64,000 bases of DNA. It comes from an uncultured Methanoregulaceae archaeon. GTDB lineage: Archaea > Halobacteriota > Methanomicrobia > Methanomicrobiales > Methanospirillaceae. Below, one piece after another: positions 31,901-42,270 of this stretch (position 1 is the stretch's first letter; the number at the start of each line of letters is the position of its first letter). The DNA lies in NCBI GenBank assembly GCA_963705255.1, contig OY970061.1:1632001-1696000 (forward strand), given 5' to 3'. Under the pieces are notes generated by a model. It had not been told where the DNA came from and ran no database searches. It saw only the letters and a program-made list of their open reading frames with translations. The translations under genes and the position numbers were made by a program.

Positions 31901-33116
31901 TCAGGCCCTCATTGCAGTCTGGATATCCTCGCGCGACACCTGGTAGGCAGGGACATAGCCGGCAACGATGGCAGCGGCAAAGAGGATCAGGGAGTTCATG
32001 GCGATGTCCATGGGGGTCAGGTACAGGGTTGCCGACCATGCAGGAGTCACGACAGGATGAATTGCCATGTACACCGCAAGCAGCATGGTGAGAAAGATCC
32101 CGAGGATAATCCCGAGTATGGCGAGGATGATGACCTGGAAGCCATAGTTGTGCATGATGACCTCCTTGTCCACCCCGATTGCCTTGAGGATCCCGATCTG
32201 CCCGGCGGCTGTTGAGGGTCTTGATCGTGATGACGATGAAGAGGACGACTGTCGTGATGATGATGCTCACGATGAGGGAGACCAGGTTGATGATCGCAAA
32301 ACTCTGGAACGCCGTTCCCAGGCTCTTGGAGAGCAGGTCAGAGGTAGTCTGGACCTTGTCAGCCACCCCGTACTGGATCAGCTCATTCTTTATGAAGGTC
32401 TCGGAGTAGCCGGGTTTTGCCTTGACCGTGATATCCGACGCACGATCGAGCGGTACTCCAATGACCTGCTCCATATCAGTCCAGGAGACGTATGCTGCAC
32501 TGTCCGCCTGGCTCCAGCCGGTGGAGTAAATGCCCTTCACCCGGTATTCCCTCGTGTAGCCGTTTGCGTACGCGACCGTGACCGAGTCCCCGACCCGGAC
32601 CCCGCCGAGCGAGGGCTGGAACTCGTCTTCCTCCCGGATAGTTGGATCGCCTGCCACAGGCTTCCCGATGATGATCTCGCCCACGTCACTGTTACCCAGG
32701 TAATCACCGGCGATCATTTTCGTGTAGAGCGGGGAGACATACTTCTCGTCATCGGGCATGATCGCCCGCACCGAGACCCCGAGGATACGCTTGCGATACG
32801 TGAAGGTCGCGCCCTCGGTGTAATGGGGAGTGGCCCGTTCCACGCCGGGCAATCCGTTGATGAGGCCGAGCGTTGCACCAAGATTGTTGACATACTGGTC
32901 GCCCGACTCGGGGCTGACCAGTACGTTCCCGACCTCGTAGTCCACGAGCTGCTTCGTTATGCTCTGCTCGATCCCGTTGAACAGGGAAGGCAGGAAGATC
33001 ATGTTGGTGAAGCACATCCCGATGATCAGGACGGTCAGGATCACGCTCGACCTGCTCCCCCGCTGGAGCGACCGCAGGGCCAGGAGGAACGCAACCTTCA
33101 GTTCTTTTTTACCCAT
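31901..33116 (-). CDS. ABC transporter permease, FtsX/MacB-like (frameshift near 32200)
   Basis: N-terminal TM, large extracellular domain, IGILKAIG motif across the shift, three C-terminal TMs in ORF 31901-32173. Confidence 0.88.
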
Positions 33117-34426
33117 GGGAAGGTTCCGTCCCCTTTCTTTGAGGGCAGGTACCAGTACCGGTAAGCGAGGAATCCGAGGATACCAAGGACGATGAGCGCG
33201 AGGACGATATTCCCGGAATTGTCAGCAGGCGGTACCCGTATGTTCATCTGCCGGGTGAGCGCGTGGGCACCCATATCGTCCACATAGGAGATCGTCAGGT
33301 TGTAGGGATAGTCACCGCCTTTCATGCCCTCGAGAAGGAAGAGCGCCGGGGCATCGTTGCCCGGCGTGATCTTGCCGATGAATGCCTCTTTTATCCCTTC
33401 GACAGGAAGGTCGACCTTTGCCGAGACCTGTTTTGCATCGCCGGTACCGGTATTCTCTATCCGGACCGTGAGGTCGAACGGGCCGTTCTCGGTGAGGCGG
33501 GGAGGATTGGTATCAACCGATACGAAACCCAGTTCCGCCTTGCCTTTCAGCATCATGGCAATATCCGCAGCCTGGGTGGTCGGGGTTCCGTCGATCATGG
33601 TGTAACCGATCGTCACCGGGACCTGTACAAGGCCGGGATTTGCCGTTTTGTCGGTGAGCAGCACGATACCGAGGGTCTCCTGCCCGCCGGGGCCGATCGT
33701 ACCGAGATGGTAGAGATCGCTCGTCTTCGGGGCCACCGTCCCGCTTACATTGGCTATGCTGATGGTGACATCATCCGCAAGGACCTGCCCCGCGTTGGTG
33801 ACCGTCAGGTTCACCGGAGCCTCATCACCGGGATTGACATCGCCGGTGAGAGAGCTGTCCAGGATCAGGATCGCCTGTTTCTGAATACCTATCGCGGTGT
33901 CCACGTTGACGGGGATCGGGTATTTCGTGCTCCTCCCGCCGTTTGTATCGATCCAGACTTCAGGAAAGTATATCCCGCTCTGGTCTGGGGCCTTTATTGA
34001 GAAGGTGATGGGGACTGACTGGCCGGGGCCGATCTCCCCTACCTGGGAAAAATCCTTCGTCAGGACATCGATCCCGTTGCCCTCCAGGTGGACATTCTGG
34101 ATATTGACATTGATGTCCGTGGTTTTTACGGTCTGGAAGGAGTTCGTGGTTATCGGCCCCGAGCTCTCGCTCACCGAGGCGCTCGATGCCGTATTTTTTA
34201 TGGTTATGGTGATCGTCCCGAGGCTGTCGGGCATGAGCACCGAGGGGCTCACCTTGTAATCGGCAATGGTGACGGTCGGTGTATCTGCAGATACCGGCAG
34301 GATGCACACGGCAAGGACTAGGAGCGCAATGATCCCCGATATGAGGAGGTTCTCCCATGGGAGGTGATCGTTCTCCCGACCCGGTCTCTTTCCATCTCGT
34401 GATGACATCGGTTTTGTCATGAACAT
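33098..34426 (-). CDS. COG1361 S-layer-domain family protein
   Basis: Signal peptide, repeated Ig-like modules (ITIKN/VTNAG/IENTG; GEIGPG/GTIGPG/GKITPG), C-terminal TM; first gene of the ABC operon. Confidence 0.85.
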   Translation of the reverse strand: MFMTKPMSSRDGKRPGRENDHLPWENLLISGIIALLVLAVCILPVSADTPTVTIADYKVSPSVLMPDSLGTITITIKNTASSASVSESSGPITTNSFQTVKTTDINVNIQNVHLEGNGIDVLTKDFSQVGEIGPGQSVPITFSIKAPDQSGIYFPEVWIDTNGGRSTKYPIPVNVDTAIGIQKQAILILDSSLTGDVNPGDEAPVNLTVTNAGQVLADDVTISIANVSGTVAPKTSDLYHLGTIGPGGQETLGIVLLTDKTANPGLVQVPVTIGYTMIDGTPTTQAADIAMMLKGKAELGFVSVDTNPPRLTENGPFDLTVRIENTGTGDAKQVSAKVDLPVEGIKEAFIGKITPGNDAPALFLLEGMKGGDYPYNLTISYVDDMGAHALTRQMNIRVPPADNSGNIVLALIVLGILGFLAYRYWYLPSKKGDGTFPWVKKN

Positions 34427-34469
34427 TCTCCGCGCCGGCCTTGACCGGGAGTTGGTTGGTATAAGGTGA

Positions 34470-34522
34470 AATACCCAAAGGTATTAAACTTACCATGGGT
34501 AATGTATCCATACTATAAGTAT
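34470..34522. promoter_or_regulatory. Three spaced palindromes, candidate TetR operators
   Basis: AATACC-caaa-GGTATT (34470-34485), TTACC-atg-GGTAA (34490-34502), ATACT-ata-AGTAT (34510-34522) between the divergent TetR gene and ABC operon. Confidence 0.55.
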
Positions 34523-34563
34523 AGCGTAAAAGCGCAGCGGTTTTTTATCATCCGCGCGGGAAG

Positions 34564-35158
34564 GTGAACACCCTGCCGAGAATACTGCCGGGATACCGGG
34601 ATGAAGTCAGGAAGAAGATCGTGACCTCAGCCCACAACCTCTTTCTCCGGAAAGGTTACCACGGGACCACGATGGAGGAGATTGCCGACAGTCTTGGTGT
34701 GACCAAGCCGGCGCTGTACCAGGTACTTTCCCGGCAAGGAGGACCTGTTCGCGGCGGTTGCCGAGCACAGCCGGGAGGAAATGGCGGCGATCCTCAGGCG
34801 GTCGTATAACAAAAAGGATCTCAGGACAGGAAGTGCCATACTTTTCGATTCCCTCGTGGGGTACATCCCCCAGTTTAATGGCATGTACGCGGAGCTGATG
34901 CTCCTTGCGGTTCATAACACCGAAATCCAGAAGATCCTCGCACGCGACAGGGCCGAGGACCTCCGGGTCATCGAGCAGTTCGTCGCAGGCCAGCAGGAGA
35001 ACGGGCTCGTCTCGGGAAGGCTCAATGCCCGGACGCTTGCGGTTGCCTGCGATGCCCTGATCGACGGCCTCCTCATGGACATCATGATGGGCATGGACAC
35101 GGAGGAGGCCAGGGGCATCTGGCTGGATGCTGTCACAAGACTCGTACGGGTGGAGTGA
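34564..35158 (+). CDS. TetR/AcrR-family regulator (frameshift near 34722)
   Basis: LFLRKGYHGTTMEEIADSLGVTKPALY HTH, continuing as YFPGKEDLF in the shifted frame. Confidence 0.88.
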
Positions 35159-35277
35159 TCCCCCCTCCGGGGTAACCACATTTTTTTGACCTGAAAATTC
35201 AGGACTGCAAAACCTGTCTTCAGTATCGCACTGGAGCGGACACGAACTGTTCAGCGGTTGTTCACGGATCAGTACGA

Positions 35278-36204
35278 TCATTTCCGGGCAGACGCTTCGC
35301 TCGTGGGGACGATGCAGACAACACTGCCGGGAATTTTGGCCTCAAGCGACCCTTTCAGGGAATCGGTGAACTCCTGTACCTCTCCCATCCTCTGCTCCGG
35401 GTCGAACCCGAGGAAGATCTCGATGTAGATGGTACTCCCGGACCGGCGCGAGCGGACGCCATGGAAATCATGGTACCTGTGGAACGAGGAGCTCAGTTCC
35501 CGGAGGATGACAAGCTGGAGCTCTTCCTCAAGGGTCTGGTCGAAGAGATCCGGGAGGGAGGAGGAGATCTCCCGGTACCCCGCGAGCAGCAGGAACCCGA
35601 TGATGATAAACGAGAATGCCGGATCGATATACTCCGCCCAGCTGTACTGGACGAGGAGAACAGACAGTACCAGCGTAAGGAGGATCAACACGTCGGAGAA
35701 GGTCTTGGCCCGCCGGAGCCGCCACTGGGCCTCCATGATAGGGGTGGGATCCTTCTGCGCACGCCGGTAGTTTTTCTGCCAGTGGTATGAGTCCGCGATG
35801 CTGGCAAGGACCATGAGGGGGATACCGATAAAGGCGGCATCCATATCGAAACGTTCTGGAACAAGAAGCCTCCGGACGGTGAAGACGATGAGGATACAGA
35901 GGGATACGAACATCACGCCACCGGTGATGATCCTCGTGAGGGTCTCGAATTTTCCCATTCCGTAATCGTACGTGAACTTCCCGCCCCGGGTCACCCTCCG
36001 TATGATCAGGAGGGCAAAGGAAGTGGCGAGGATCTCGTTCGCGCACTTGATGGCATCGGCAAACAGGGTGGCTGACCCGGAGAGGATGACCGCTGCGATC
36101 TCGGGTACCAGGATGATGATGTCAAGGCAGAGCCCGGTAAAGACCAGCTGCTCCCGGGATTCCCCGTCTTTACCAGCCTCCGGATTGATCTCGTTGCCAG
36201 ACAT
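35278..36204 (-). CDS. Cation diffusion facilitator family transporter
   Basis: SGSATLFAD, YDYGMGKFE, YIDP, RSRRSG.TIYIEI. Confidence 0.87.
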   Translation of the reverse strand: MSGNEINPEAGKDGESREQLVFTGLCLDIIILVPEIAAVILSGSATLFADAIKCANEILATSFALLIIRRVTRGGKFTYDYGMGKFETLTRIITGGVMFVSLCILIVFTVRRLLVPERFDMDAAFIGIPLMVLASIADSYHWQKNYRRAQKDPTPIMEAQWRLRRAKTFSDVLILLTLVLSVLLVQYSWAEYIDPAFSFIIIGFLLLAGYREISSSLPDLFDQTLEEELQLVILRELSSSFHRYHDFHGVRSRRSGSTIYIEIFLGFDPEQRMGEVQEFTDSLKGSLEAKIPGSVVCIVPTSEASARK

Positions 36205-36308
36205 GTATCTCTGTAGATGTATGGCAGGAACACTAAAAAAACTACAGGGGGGGGTGGAGTGATCAAAGTGGTTGTAAAAAAACACGACCTAATGGAGGGG
36301 ACAGTGCC

Positions 36309-36630
36309 ACAGCGAAGAACCTTATGGTTCTTCTTGTGGGTTCATCCCCGATTCACTACAGCGAAGAACCTTATGGTTCTTCTTGTGGGTTCATCCCCGA
36401 TTCACTACAGCGAAGAACCTTATGGTTCTTCTTGTGGGTTCATCCCCGATTCACTACAGCGAAGAACCTTATGGTTCTTCTTGTGGGTTCATCCCCGATT
36501 CACTACAGCGAAGAACCTTATGGTTCTTCTTGTGGGTTCATCCCCGATTCACTACAGCGAAGAACCTTATGGTTCTTCTTGTGGGTTCATCCCCGATTCA
36601 CTACAGCGAAGATCCGTATAGTTCTTCTCG
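36309..36630. repeat. Tandem array of six identical 49-bp units plus a degenerate seventh
   Basis: ACAGCGAAGAACCTTATGGTTCTTCTTGTGGGTTCATCCCCGATTCACT starting at 36309, 36358, 36407, 36456, 36505, 36554; diverged copy from 36603. Confidence 0.95.
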
Positions 36631-36804
36631 CATCCTACCAGCCGTTAGGGGCAGGTATGCTGTTCCCCCGGACCGCCCCTGCGCTTTGCGGGATGTGCGT
36701 ATTACCTTTTTGGGAATTATCGTTCTATGGGGGATGCCACCTATGAAAATAGCACTATTCAGAATGTAATGAGGAGTGAATCCTGCCATATCTTCTGTTA
36801 CTAT

Positions 36805-36915
36805 AAACGCCGTCGCTCCTGACCAGCCCCCCGCGGCGGATCCGTGACCACGAGCAAAATTAAAAATTCCTTCATGCCCCGCTGTGCCTCGGAGAGGCCC
36901 TGAGGCGGGGGAGCC
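36805..36915 (-). repeat. Uninterrupted copy of the repeat that is interrupted at 13.9 kb
   Basis: Reverse complement reads cccgcctcagggcctctccgAGGcacagcggggca...ccgccgcgggggg...cggcgtt. Confidence 0.72.
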
Positions 36916-37087
36916 TCACTGATATTGACTACTATTACAATTTCATTACCCGTTATGAACAAATACGTTGTCGCGGCTTTCCAAAGCAAATCCTGATCTT
37001 TCCACCCCACGTCATGAACCGTGCTTGACAATCCCGGGAAAATGTAAAAACTGGAACTCGCAATTTTCTTGAAAAAAATGTGAGACT

Positions 37088-38782
37088 TCACTTGTGCGTG
37101 AAGTACGCCGATACCCCATCCTCACCGGCAGCATCGATCTTCGCAAAGCCGACCCGCTCGAACTGGACGACCTTCCCACGCTCGTTCACGACAGCAGGTT
37201 CGCAGGCGCCGGCGATATCGCCTTCCTGCGTCCGGAGCGTACAGGGAATCTGGTCTGCAACGGGCAGCCACTGGATGATCGGGGCCTTTGCCACCCGGGC
37301 ATCGGCCAGCGAGTCACCGGCATAGGTGAGATGCGGCCTGCCATGGTCGTACTCCACCGTGACATTGAACAGGTCCTTGAGCCGGATCAGGGGCCTGTCT
37401 TTGTGTTCCAGCTCCGCGGCAGGGAGGGCGACGGCGCCGGTGAAAGCAAGCGTCCGCACTCCCCGCTTCTCGTCGGCGGGATGAAGGAGAGCATGGGTTG
37501 TCCGCTGCGGGGCTGTATGGATTAAAATGGTCACCGGATCTGCAACAAAGAAGTAGCGGTTCGCGACCGGGTCGACAAGTTTCCTGTTCTCGGCATAGAG
37601 ATTGTCCCACGAGAACGAGATGTCCACATCCCCGATGCCGATCGCGATCATCGCGTTCCTGACCGCCTCGGGCAGGATCCCCCGCCGGGCGAGGGCGCGG
37701 AGGGTCCCGAGCCGGATATCGTCCCAGCCGGTGTACGTTCCATCCTTGATTCCAAGACGCATCTGGGATGTGGAGAGGACGACCCCCTCGATCCCCATCC
37801 TGCCGTAGTGACGGTAGACCGGGACCTTCCAGCCGAAGTGGTCGTAGATGTAGCGCTGCCGGCGGGTGTTCGCGATATGGTCCTTGCCCCGGATCACGTG
37901 CGTCACGCCAAGCAGGTGGTCGTCTGCCACCACCGAGAAGTTCATAAGCGGGTACACATGGGCCTTCACTTTCGGGTGTGGGGGTGCATCGAGGATCCGG
38001 AACGCGGGGAAGTCCCTCATCGCCGGGTCAGGGTGGGAAAGGTCGGTCCTGATCCGGACTGAGGCCTCGCCTTCCCTGAAACCGTGGTCGAGCATCTTCT
38101 GCCAGAGTTCAAGGTTCTTCTCCACGGGAAGATCACGGCACGGGCAGGCCGCCTTTGCCTGCTTGAGCTCCTTGAACCGCTCGTTGTCGCAGGTGCAGAC
38201 GTACGCCCCGCCCCGCTCGATCAGCTGTTTACAGAGATCGTAGTAGATCGGGAGGCGCTCGCTCTGGGTCACCGTCTCCGTAATGCCAAGCCCGAGCCAT
38301 TGGATGTCCTCCCTGACAGTCTCGTATGCCTCAGGGTCAACGCGTTTCGGGTCGGTGTCCTCGATGCGGAGGATATACCGCCCGCCGTACTGCTTCACGT
38401 ACGCATCGTTCAGCGCAGCTGCCCGGGCGTGGCCGATGTGGAGCGGGCCCGAGGGGTTCGGGGCAAACCGCATGACCACGCCCTTTTCAGCTCCTTCAAG
38501 TTCGGGGAGCACCTTCCTGCGCTCGTGCTTCTCTGACAGGGCGGCAAACATCTCTGGTGCCCGTGCCTGCAGGGTCGCGACCCGTTCTTCAGGAGACAGC
38601 GCCGCAACAGTGGCGATCGCTTCCTTTGCAAGGGCAGAGACCTCCTTTGCCCTGCTCCGGAGTTCCGGGTGGGCGCCCATCACCATCCCGATGACCGCGC
38701 CCGCCTGGGGGACGCCCCCGTGTTTCACCGCGTTCTGCAGTGCACACAAAAAGAGGATCTCCTGTGGATCGTCCCCGGCCAT
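37088..38782 (-). CDS. gltX: Glutamyl-tRNA synthetase (archaeal, non-discriminating type)
   Basis: RFAPNPSGPLHIGH, EDTDP, THVIRGKDH, QFERVGF. Confidence 0.96.
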   Translation of the reverse strand: MAGDDPQEILFLCALQNAVKHGGVPQAGAVIGMVMGAHPELRSRAKEVSALAKEAIATVAALSPEERVATLQARAPEMFAALSEKHERRKVLPELEGAEKGVVMRFAPNPSGPLHIGHARAAALNDAYVKQYGGRYILRIEDTDPKRVDPEAYETVREDIQWLGLGITETVTQSERLPIYYDLCKQLIERGGAYVCTCDNERFKELKQAKAACPCRDLPVEKNLELWQKMLDHGFREGEASVRIRTDLSHPDPAMRDFPAFRILDAPPHPKVKAHVYPLMNFSVVADDHLLGVTHVIRGKDHIANTRRQRYIYDHFGWKVPVYRHYGRMGIEGVVLSTSQMRLGIKDGTYTGWDDIRLGTLRALARRGILPEAVRNAMIAIGIGDVDISFSWDNLYAENRKLVDPVANRYFFVADPVTILIHTAPQRTTHALLHPADEKRGVRTLAFTGAVALPAAELEHKDRPLIRLKDLFNVTVEYDHGRPHLTYAGDSLADARVAKAPIIQWLPVADQIPCTLRTQEGDIAGACEPAVVNERGKVVQFERVGFAKIDAAGEDGVSAYFTHK

Positions 38783-38787
38783 CCTGA

Positions 38788-39750
38788 TCAGCTCCGGGTC
38801 ACGAAGAATTCGCCGATGTCCATCAGGAGCTGGCGTTCTTTTGAGGGAGGGAGGAGGGAGATGTGCCGGTTGCTGTCGGCCACGAGATCGGCTGCGATCT
38901 TTTTCACCTCATCGATCACACCGGCGTCGGTGAGCTCCCTGACCGCTGCCTCGATGTCGTCACGGGAAAGTTCCCGCCGGTATTTCAGCAGGTCGAGGCC
39001 CTTTTCCCGGGCCTTGATCATGATGAGGGTCTGTTTGCCCTCGCGGAGGTCGGAGGCCCGGTCCTTCCCGCTCTTCTCGGCGGGGGTCAGGAGATCGATC
39101 AGGTCGTCCTGGATCTGGAACGCGATGCCGGTGTTGAGCCCGAAGTTGTAGAGGGCCTTCACCTGGACCGCGTTGCCGCCGGCGAGGACCGCACCGATAC
39201 CTGCCGCCGCGGCATAGAGGACCCCGGTCTTCTTCCTGACCATCTCCATGTATTCGCCTTCGTCGACGTCCGTGCGGTGCTCGAAGGACATGTCCATGTG
39301 CTGCCCCTCGCAGATATCGGCACAGGCTCTGGCGAGCATGGTCACGGCCCTGAGCTTGGCATCGTCCTTTGCGTTGACAAGACAGAGGTGCTCGAAGGCG
39401 CGGGCATAGAGCACGTCCCCGGCGAGGATGCCGGTTGGCATGTCCCACTTCGTGTGCACGGTCTGCACGCCACGACGCAGGCTGTCGTCGTCCATGATAT
39501 CGTCATGGATGAGCGTGAAGGTGTGGGTCACCTCGAGCGCAAGGGCGGCATGCAGGATCTCGTCCGAGCTCCCGTGTTTCACCGCATCCGCTGCCAGCAG
39601 GACGACCGCAGGGCGGAGCCTCTTGCCCCCTGCGGCAAGGAGGTGGGCGGAAGCCTTGTTCAGTTCACCAGCCTTGTCAACAAAATAGCGGTCGATCATG
39701 TGATCGATCTGCTTTGCGACCGATTCCAGATACGGTGAAAGTTCCGACAT
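38788..39750 (-). CDS. idsA: Geranylgeranyl diphosphate synthase
   Basis: GGKRLRP, LIHDDIMD..LRRG, FQIQDD, DLREGKQT. Confidence 0.93.
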   Translation of the reverse strand: MSELSPYLESVAKQIDHMIDRYFVDKAGELNKASAHLLAAGGKRLRPAVVLLAADAVKHGSSDEILHAALALEVTHTFTLIHDDIMDDDSLRRGVQTVHTKWDMPTGILAGDVLYARAFEHLCLVNAKDDAKLRAVTMLARACADICEGQHMDMSFEHRTDVDEGEYMEMVRKKTGVLYAAAAGIGAVLAGGNAVQVKALYNFGLNTGIAFQIQDDLIDLLTPAEKSGKDRASDLREGKQTLIMIKAREKGLDLLKYRRELSRDDIEAAVRELTDAGVIDEVKKIAADLVADSNRHISLLPPSKERQLLMDIGEFFVTRS

Positions 39751-39768
39751 TGATTCTCCCCGGATTTT

Positions 39769-41106
39769 TCAGTTGATCTTGAGCCTCTGGCCGTTCTTCA
39801 TCAGGTGGACCGTGGAGTGGGCGGTATAGCCGAGCTCGCTGACGAAGTCCGTGTAGCTTGCCGTCATCCGCAGGGTACCGTGGGCCGGGATGATGTGCTG
39901 CGGGTTCAGCAGGTGGACGAACTCGTAGTGGTCCTCGCGGTACGCGTGGCCGCTCACGTGGAGGTCCTCGAAGATGCGGGCACCTGCCAGTTTGAGGTGC
40001 TGCTCGATCAGGTAGCGCTGACCGAAGTTGAGCGGGTTCGGGATGACCTTTGCCGAAAAGATCACCTTGTCGCCCTTGGTCAGCTGGTACGGAGTGTCGC
40101 CCAGTGCAAGCCGGGTGAGGATCGAACCGGGTTCGCCCTGGTGGCCGGTGACAATCGGCAGGAACTTGTCTTTCCCGGCCTTCATCATCCGGCGCATGGT
40201 GCGGTCGACCGTCCGCCGGTTCCCGAAGACGCTCGTGGTCTCCGGGAACGAGACGAGCTTCATCTGTTCGGCCGTGACCGAGTACTTCTCCATCGAGCGG
40301 CCGAGAAGGACGGGTTTCCTCCCGATCTCGTGAGCACACTCGGCAATCGTCTTGACACGGGCGATGTGGGACGAGAACGTAGAGACGATGATCGCGTTCT
40401 TGTCATCCTCGTAGCTCGTGATCGTGTCCCGGACAAGGTCGCGGGCGATCCGCTCGCTCGGCGCCCTGCCGGGGAGATCGATGTTGGTGCTCTCGACGAT
40501 CAGCGCAAGCACGCCTTCCTTGCCTATCTGCCGGAAGCGGGCAAAGTCCGGGGGTTCCCCGATGACCGGCGTCCGGTCCAGCTTGAAGTCGCAGGCATAC
40601 ACGATCGCACCGTGCGGCGTGTGGAGGACGGGAGTCACGGTGTCGATGATCGAGTGCTGGGTCCTGACAAACTCTAAGACAAGGTTCTGGGAGAGGGTGT
40701 ACCGCTGCCCAGACTTGAGCGCGAAGAGCTTGTTGTTCACGCCGAACTTCTGTTCCCCGGAGATCTGCTGCCGGATCAGTTCGGTCGTGTACGGGGTGGA
40801 GATGATCGGTGCGCTGTACCGGTGCGCCAGCTTCGGTATGGCCCCGATATGGTCGAGGTGCCCGTGGGAGCAGACGATGGCCCTGACGGTCCCCTCGACC
40901 GAGTTCATCATCGTGTCATCCGGTATCGCCTTGATCTTGATGAGATCAAGGGAGTGCATATTCTCTATCTCCGCGTCCTCGTGGATCATTACCTGGTCCA
41001 GGCGGAGTCCCATGTCAAATATGACAATTTCCTTTCCGCAGCGGACGGCGGTCATATTCCGCCCGACCTCGTCGTATCCGCCCACTGCAATAATCTCTAT
41101 ATCCAT
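39769..41106 (-). CDS. rnj: Ribonuclease J (beta-CASP)
   Basis: GGYDEVGRN, HGHLDHIG, DFKLD, GHQGEP, HVSGHA. Confidence 0.94.
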   Translation of the reverse strand: MDIEIIAVGGYDEVGRNMTAVRCGKEIVIFDMGLRLDQVMIHEDAEIENMHSLDLIKIKAIPDDTMMNSVEGTVRAIVCSHGHLDHIGAIPKLAHRYSAPIISTPYTTELIRQQISGEQKFGVNNKLFALKSGQRYTLSQNLVLEFVRTQHSIIDTVTPVLHTPHGAIVYACDFKLDRTPVIGEPPDFARFRQIGKEGVLALIVESTNIDLPGRAPSERIARDLVRDTITSYEDDKNAIIVSTFSSHIARVKTIAECAHEIGRKPVLLGRSMEKYSVTAEQMKLVSFPETTSVFGNRRTVDRTMRRMMKAGKDKFLPIVTGHQGEPGSILTRLALGDTPYQLTKGDKVIFSAKVIPNPLNFGQRYLIEQHLKLAGARIFEDLHVSGHAYREDHYEFVHLLNPQHIIPAHGTLRMTASYTDFVSELGYTAHSTVHLMKNGQRLKIN

Positions 41107-41178
41107 GTTGTATCTCCTGTGTTTTCATCCAGGGTATTTTTGGTAAAAATTCCCTGTTCTGGTCTTTCTGGTGTGGAA

Positions 41179-42270
41179 TTACTTCCTGATTCTCGCAGGG
41201 TTGTCCTTGTCGATCATCTGGCGCGTCCTGCCCGTGAGGTAGAGCGGTGCCTTCCTGAGGTCGGCAACCCGTGCCGACCCGGTCAGGAACATGGCAACGG
41301 TCAGTTCCCGGTGGATCGCGTCGATGGCGCTCGCGAGGACCTCGTCGCTCTCCATGGCCGGAGCGAGCAGCGGCAGTGCCATGCCGCAGAGGTCTGCCCC
41401 GAAGGCAAGCCCTTTGGCAATATCGAGACCGCTCCTGATGCCGCCGGAAGCGATGACCGGACCACCGGTCGCGAGCACCTCGGCAAGGCTGATGACGGTG
41501 GGAATTCCCCAGCCGGCGAAGTCCTGCCCGAGCGCTTTCAGGGCCTTGTCCTTCGCGCTGGCGCTCTCGTCTGCCCGCACGCTCTCGACCGCGGCCCACG
41601 AGGTCCCGCCCCAGCCAGCGGTGTCGATGGCCCGGACTCCTTTGCCCCAGCACGCCCGTGCCGTTGCTGCCGATATCCCGCACCCGGTCTCCTTGACGAT
41701 GACCGGGGTCCTGAGATCCCTGCAGAGTTCCCCGATCGCGTCAAGGCAGCCAGTGGCATTGTGGTCGCCTTCCGGCTGGATGGCTTCCTGCAGGAAGTTC
41801 AGGTGGATGGCAATGGCATCCGCCCCGATCATGTCGATGGCCTGTTCCGCCCATCCGGTGCCATGGTCACGGAGCTGGACTGCCCCGAGGTTTGCCACGA
41901 GAAAGGCACGGGGGGCCTCGTCCCTGACAATGGAGAACGTGTCCGCGAGCTCAGGGTTTTCGAGGGCCGCCCGCTGGGAACCGACACCCATGCCGATCCC
42001 GTAGCGTTCCGCTGCCCTCGCAAGCCGTGCGTTGACGTCTTTTGTCCCGGGATGACCCCCGGTCATCGCCGATATGAAGAGGGGGGAGCGGAAGGTGTGG
42101 CCAAGGAAGCGGGTGGCGAGGCTGATGCTCCCCATGTCGCATTCCGGCAGGGCATTGTGCACGAACCTGATATCCGAAAACCCGGCGTCGCCGCTCTCGA
42201 CCTCCTTCTCTGCGCAGATGCGCAGGTGGTCCAGTTTCCTTAACGACGTGAACTTCAGCTTGTCTTTCAT
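41179..42270 (-). CDS. fni: Type 2 isopentenyl-diphosphate isomerase
   Basis: RKLDH, SAMTGG, VGSQR, IHLN..QE, VKETGCG, ASGGIRSG. Confidence 0.95.
   Translation of the reverse strand: MKDKLKFTSLRKLDHLRICAEKEVESGDAGFSDIRFVHNALPECDMGSISLATRFLGHTFRSPLFISAMTGGHPGTKDVNARLARAAERYGIGMGVGSQRAALENPELADTFSIVRDEAPRAFLVANLGAVQLRDHGTGWAEQAIDMIGADAIAIHLNFLQEAIQPEGDHNATGCLDAIGELCRDLRTPVIVKETGCGISAATARACWGKGVRAIDTAGWGGTSWAAVESVRADESASAKDKALKALGQDFAGWGIPTVISLAEVLATGGPVIASGGIRSGLDIAKGLAFGADLCGMALPLLAPAMESDEVLASAIDAIHRELTVAMFLTGSARVADLRKAPLYLTGRTRQMIDKDNPARIRK

Noticed and set aside
36309-36630. CRISPR array
   Set aside because: Units are identical over all 49 bp with no unique spacers, and there are no cas genes in the window.
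36217-36769. Three overlapping repetitive ORFs across the tandem array
   Set aside because: By-products of a stop-free 49-bp repeat cycling through all frames; no protein-like features.
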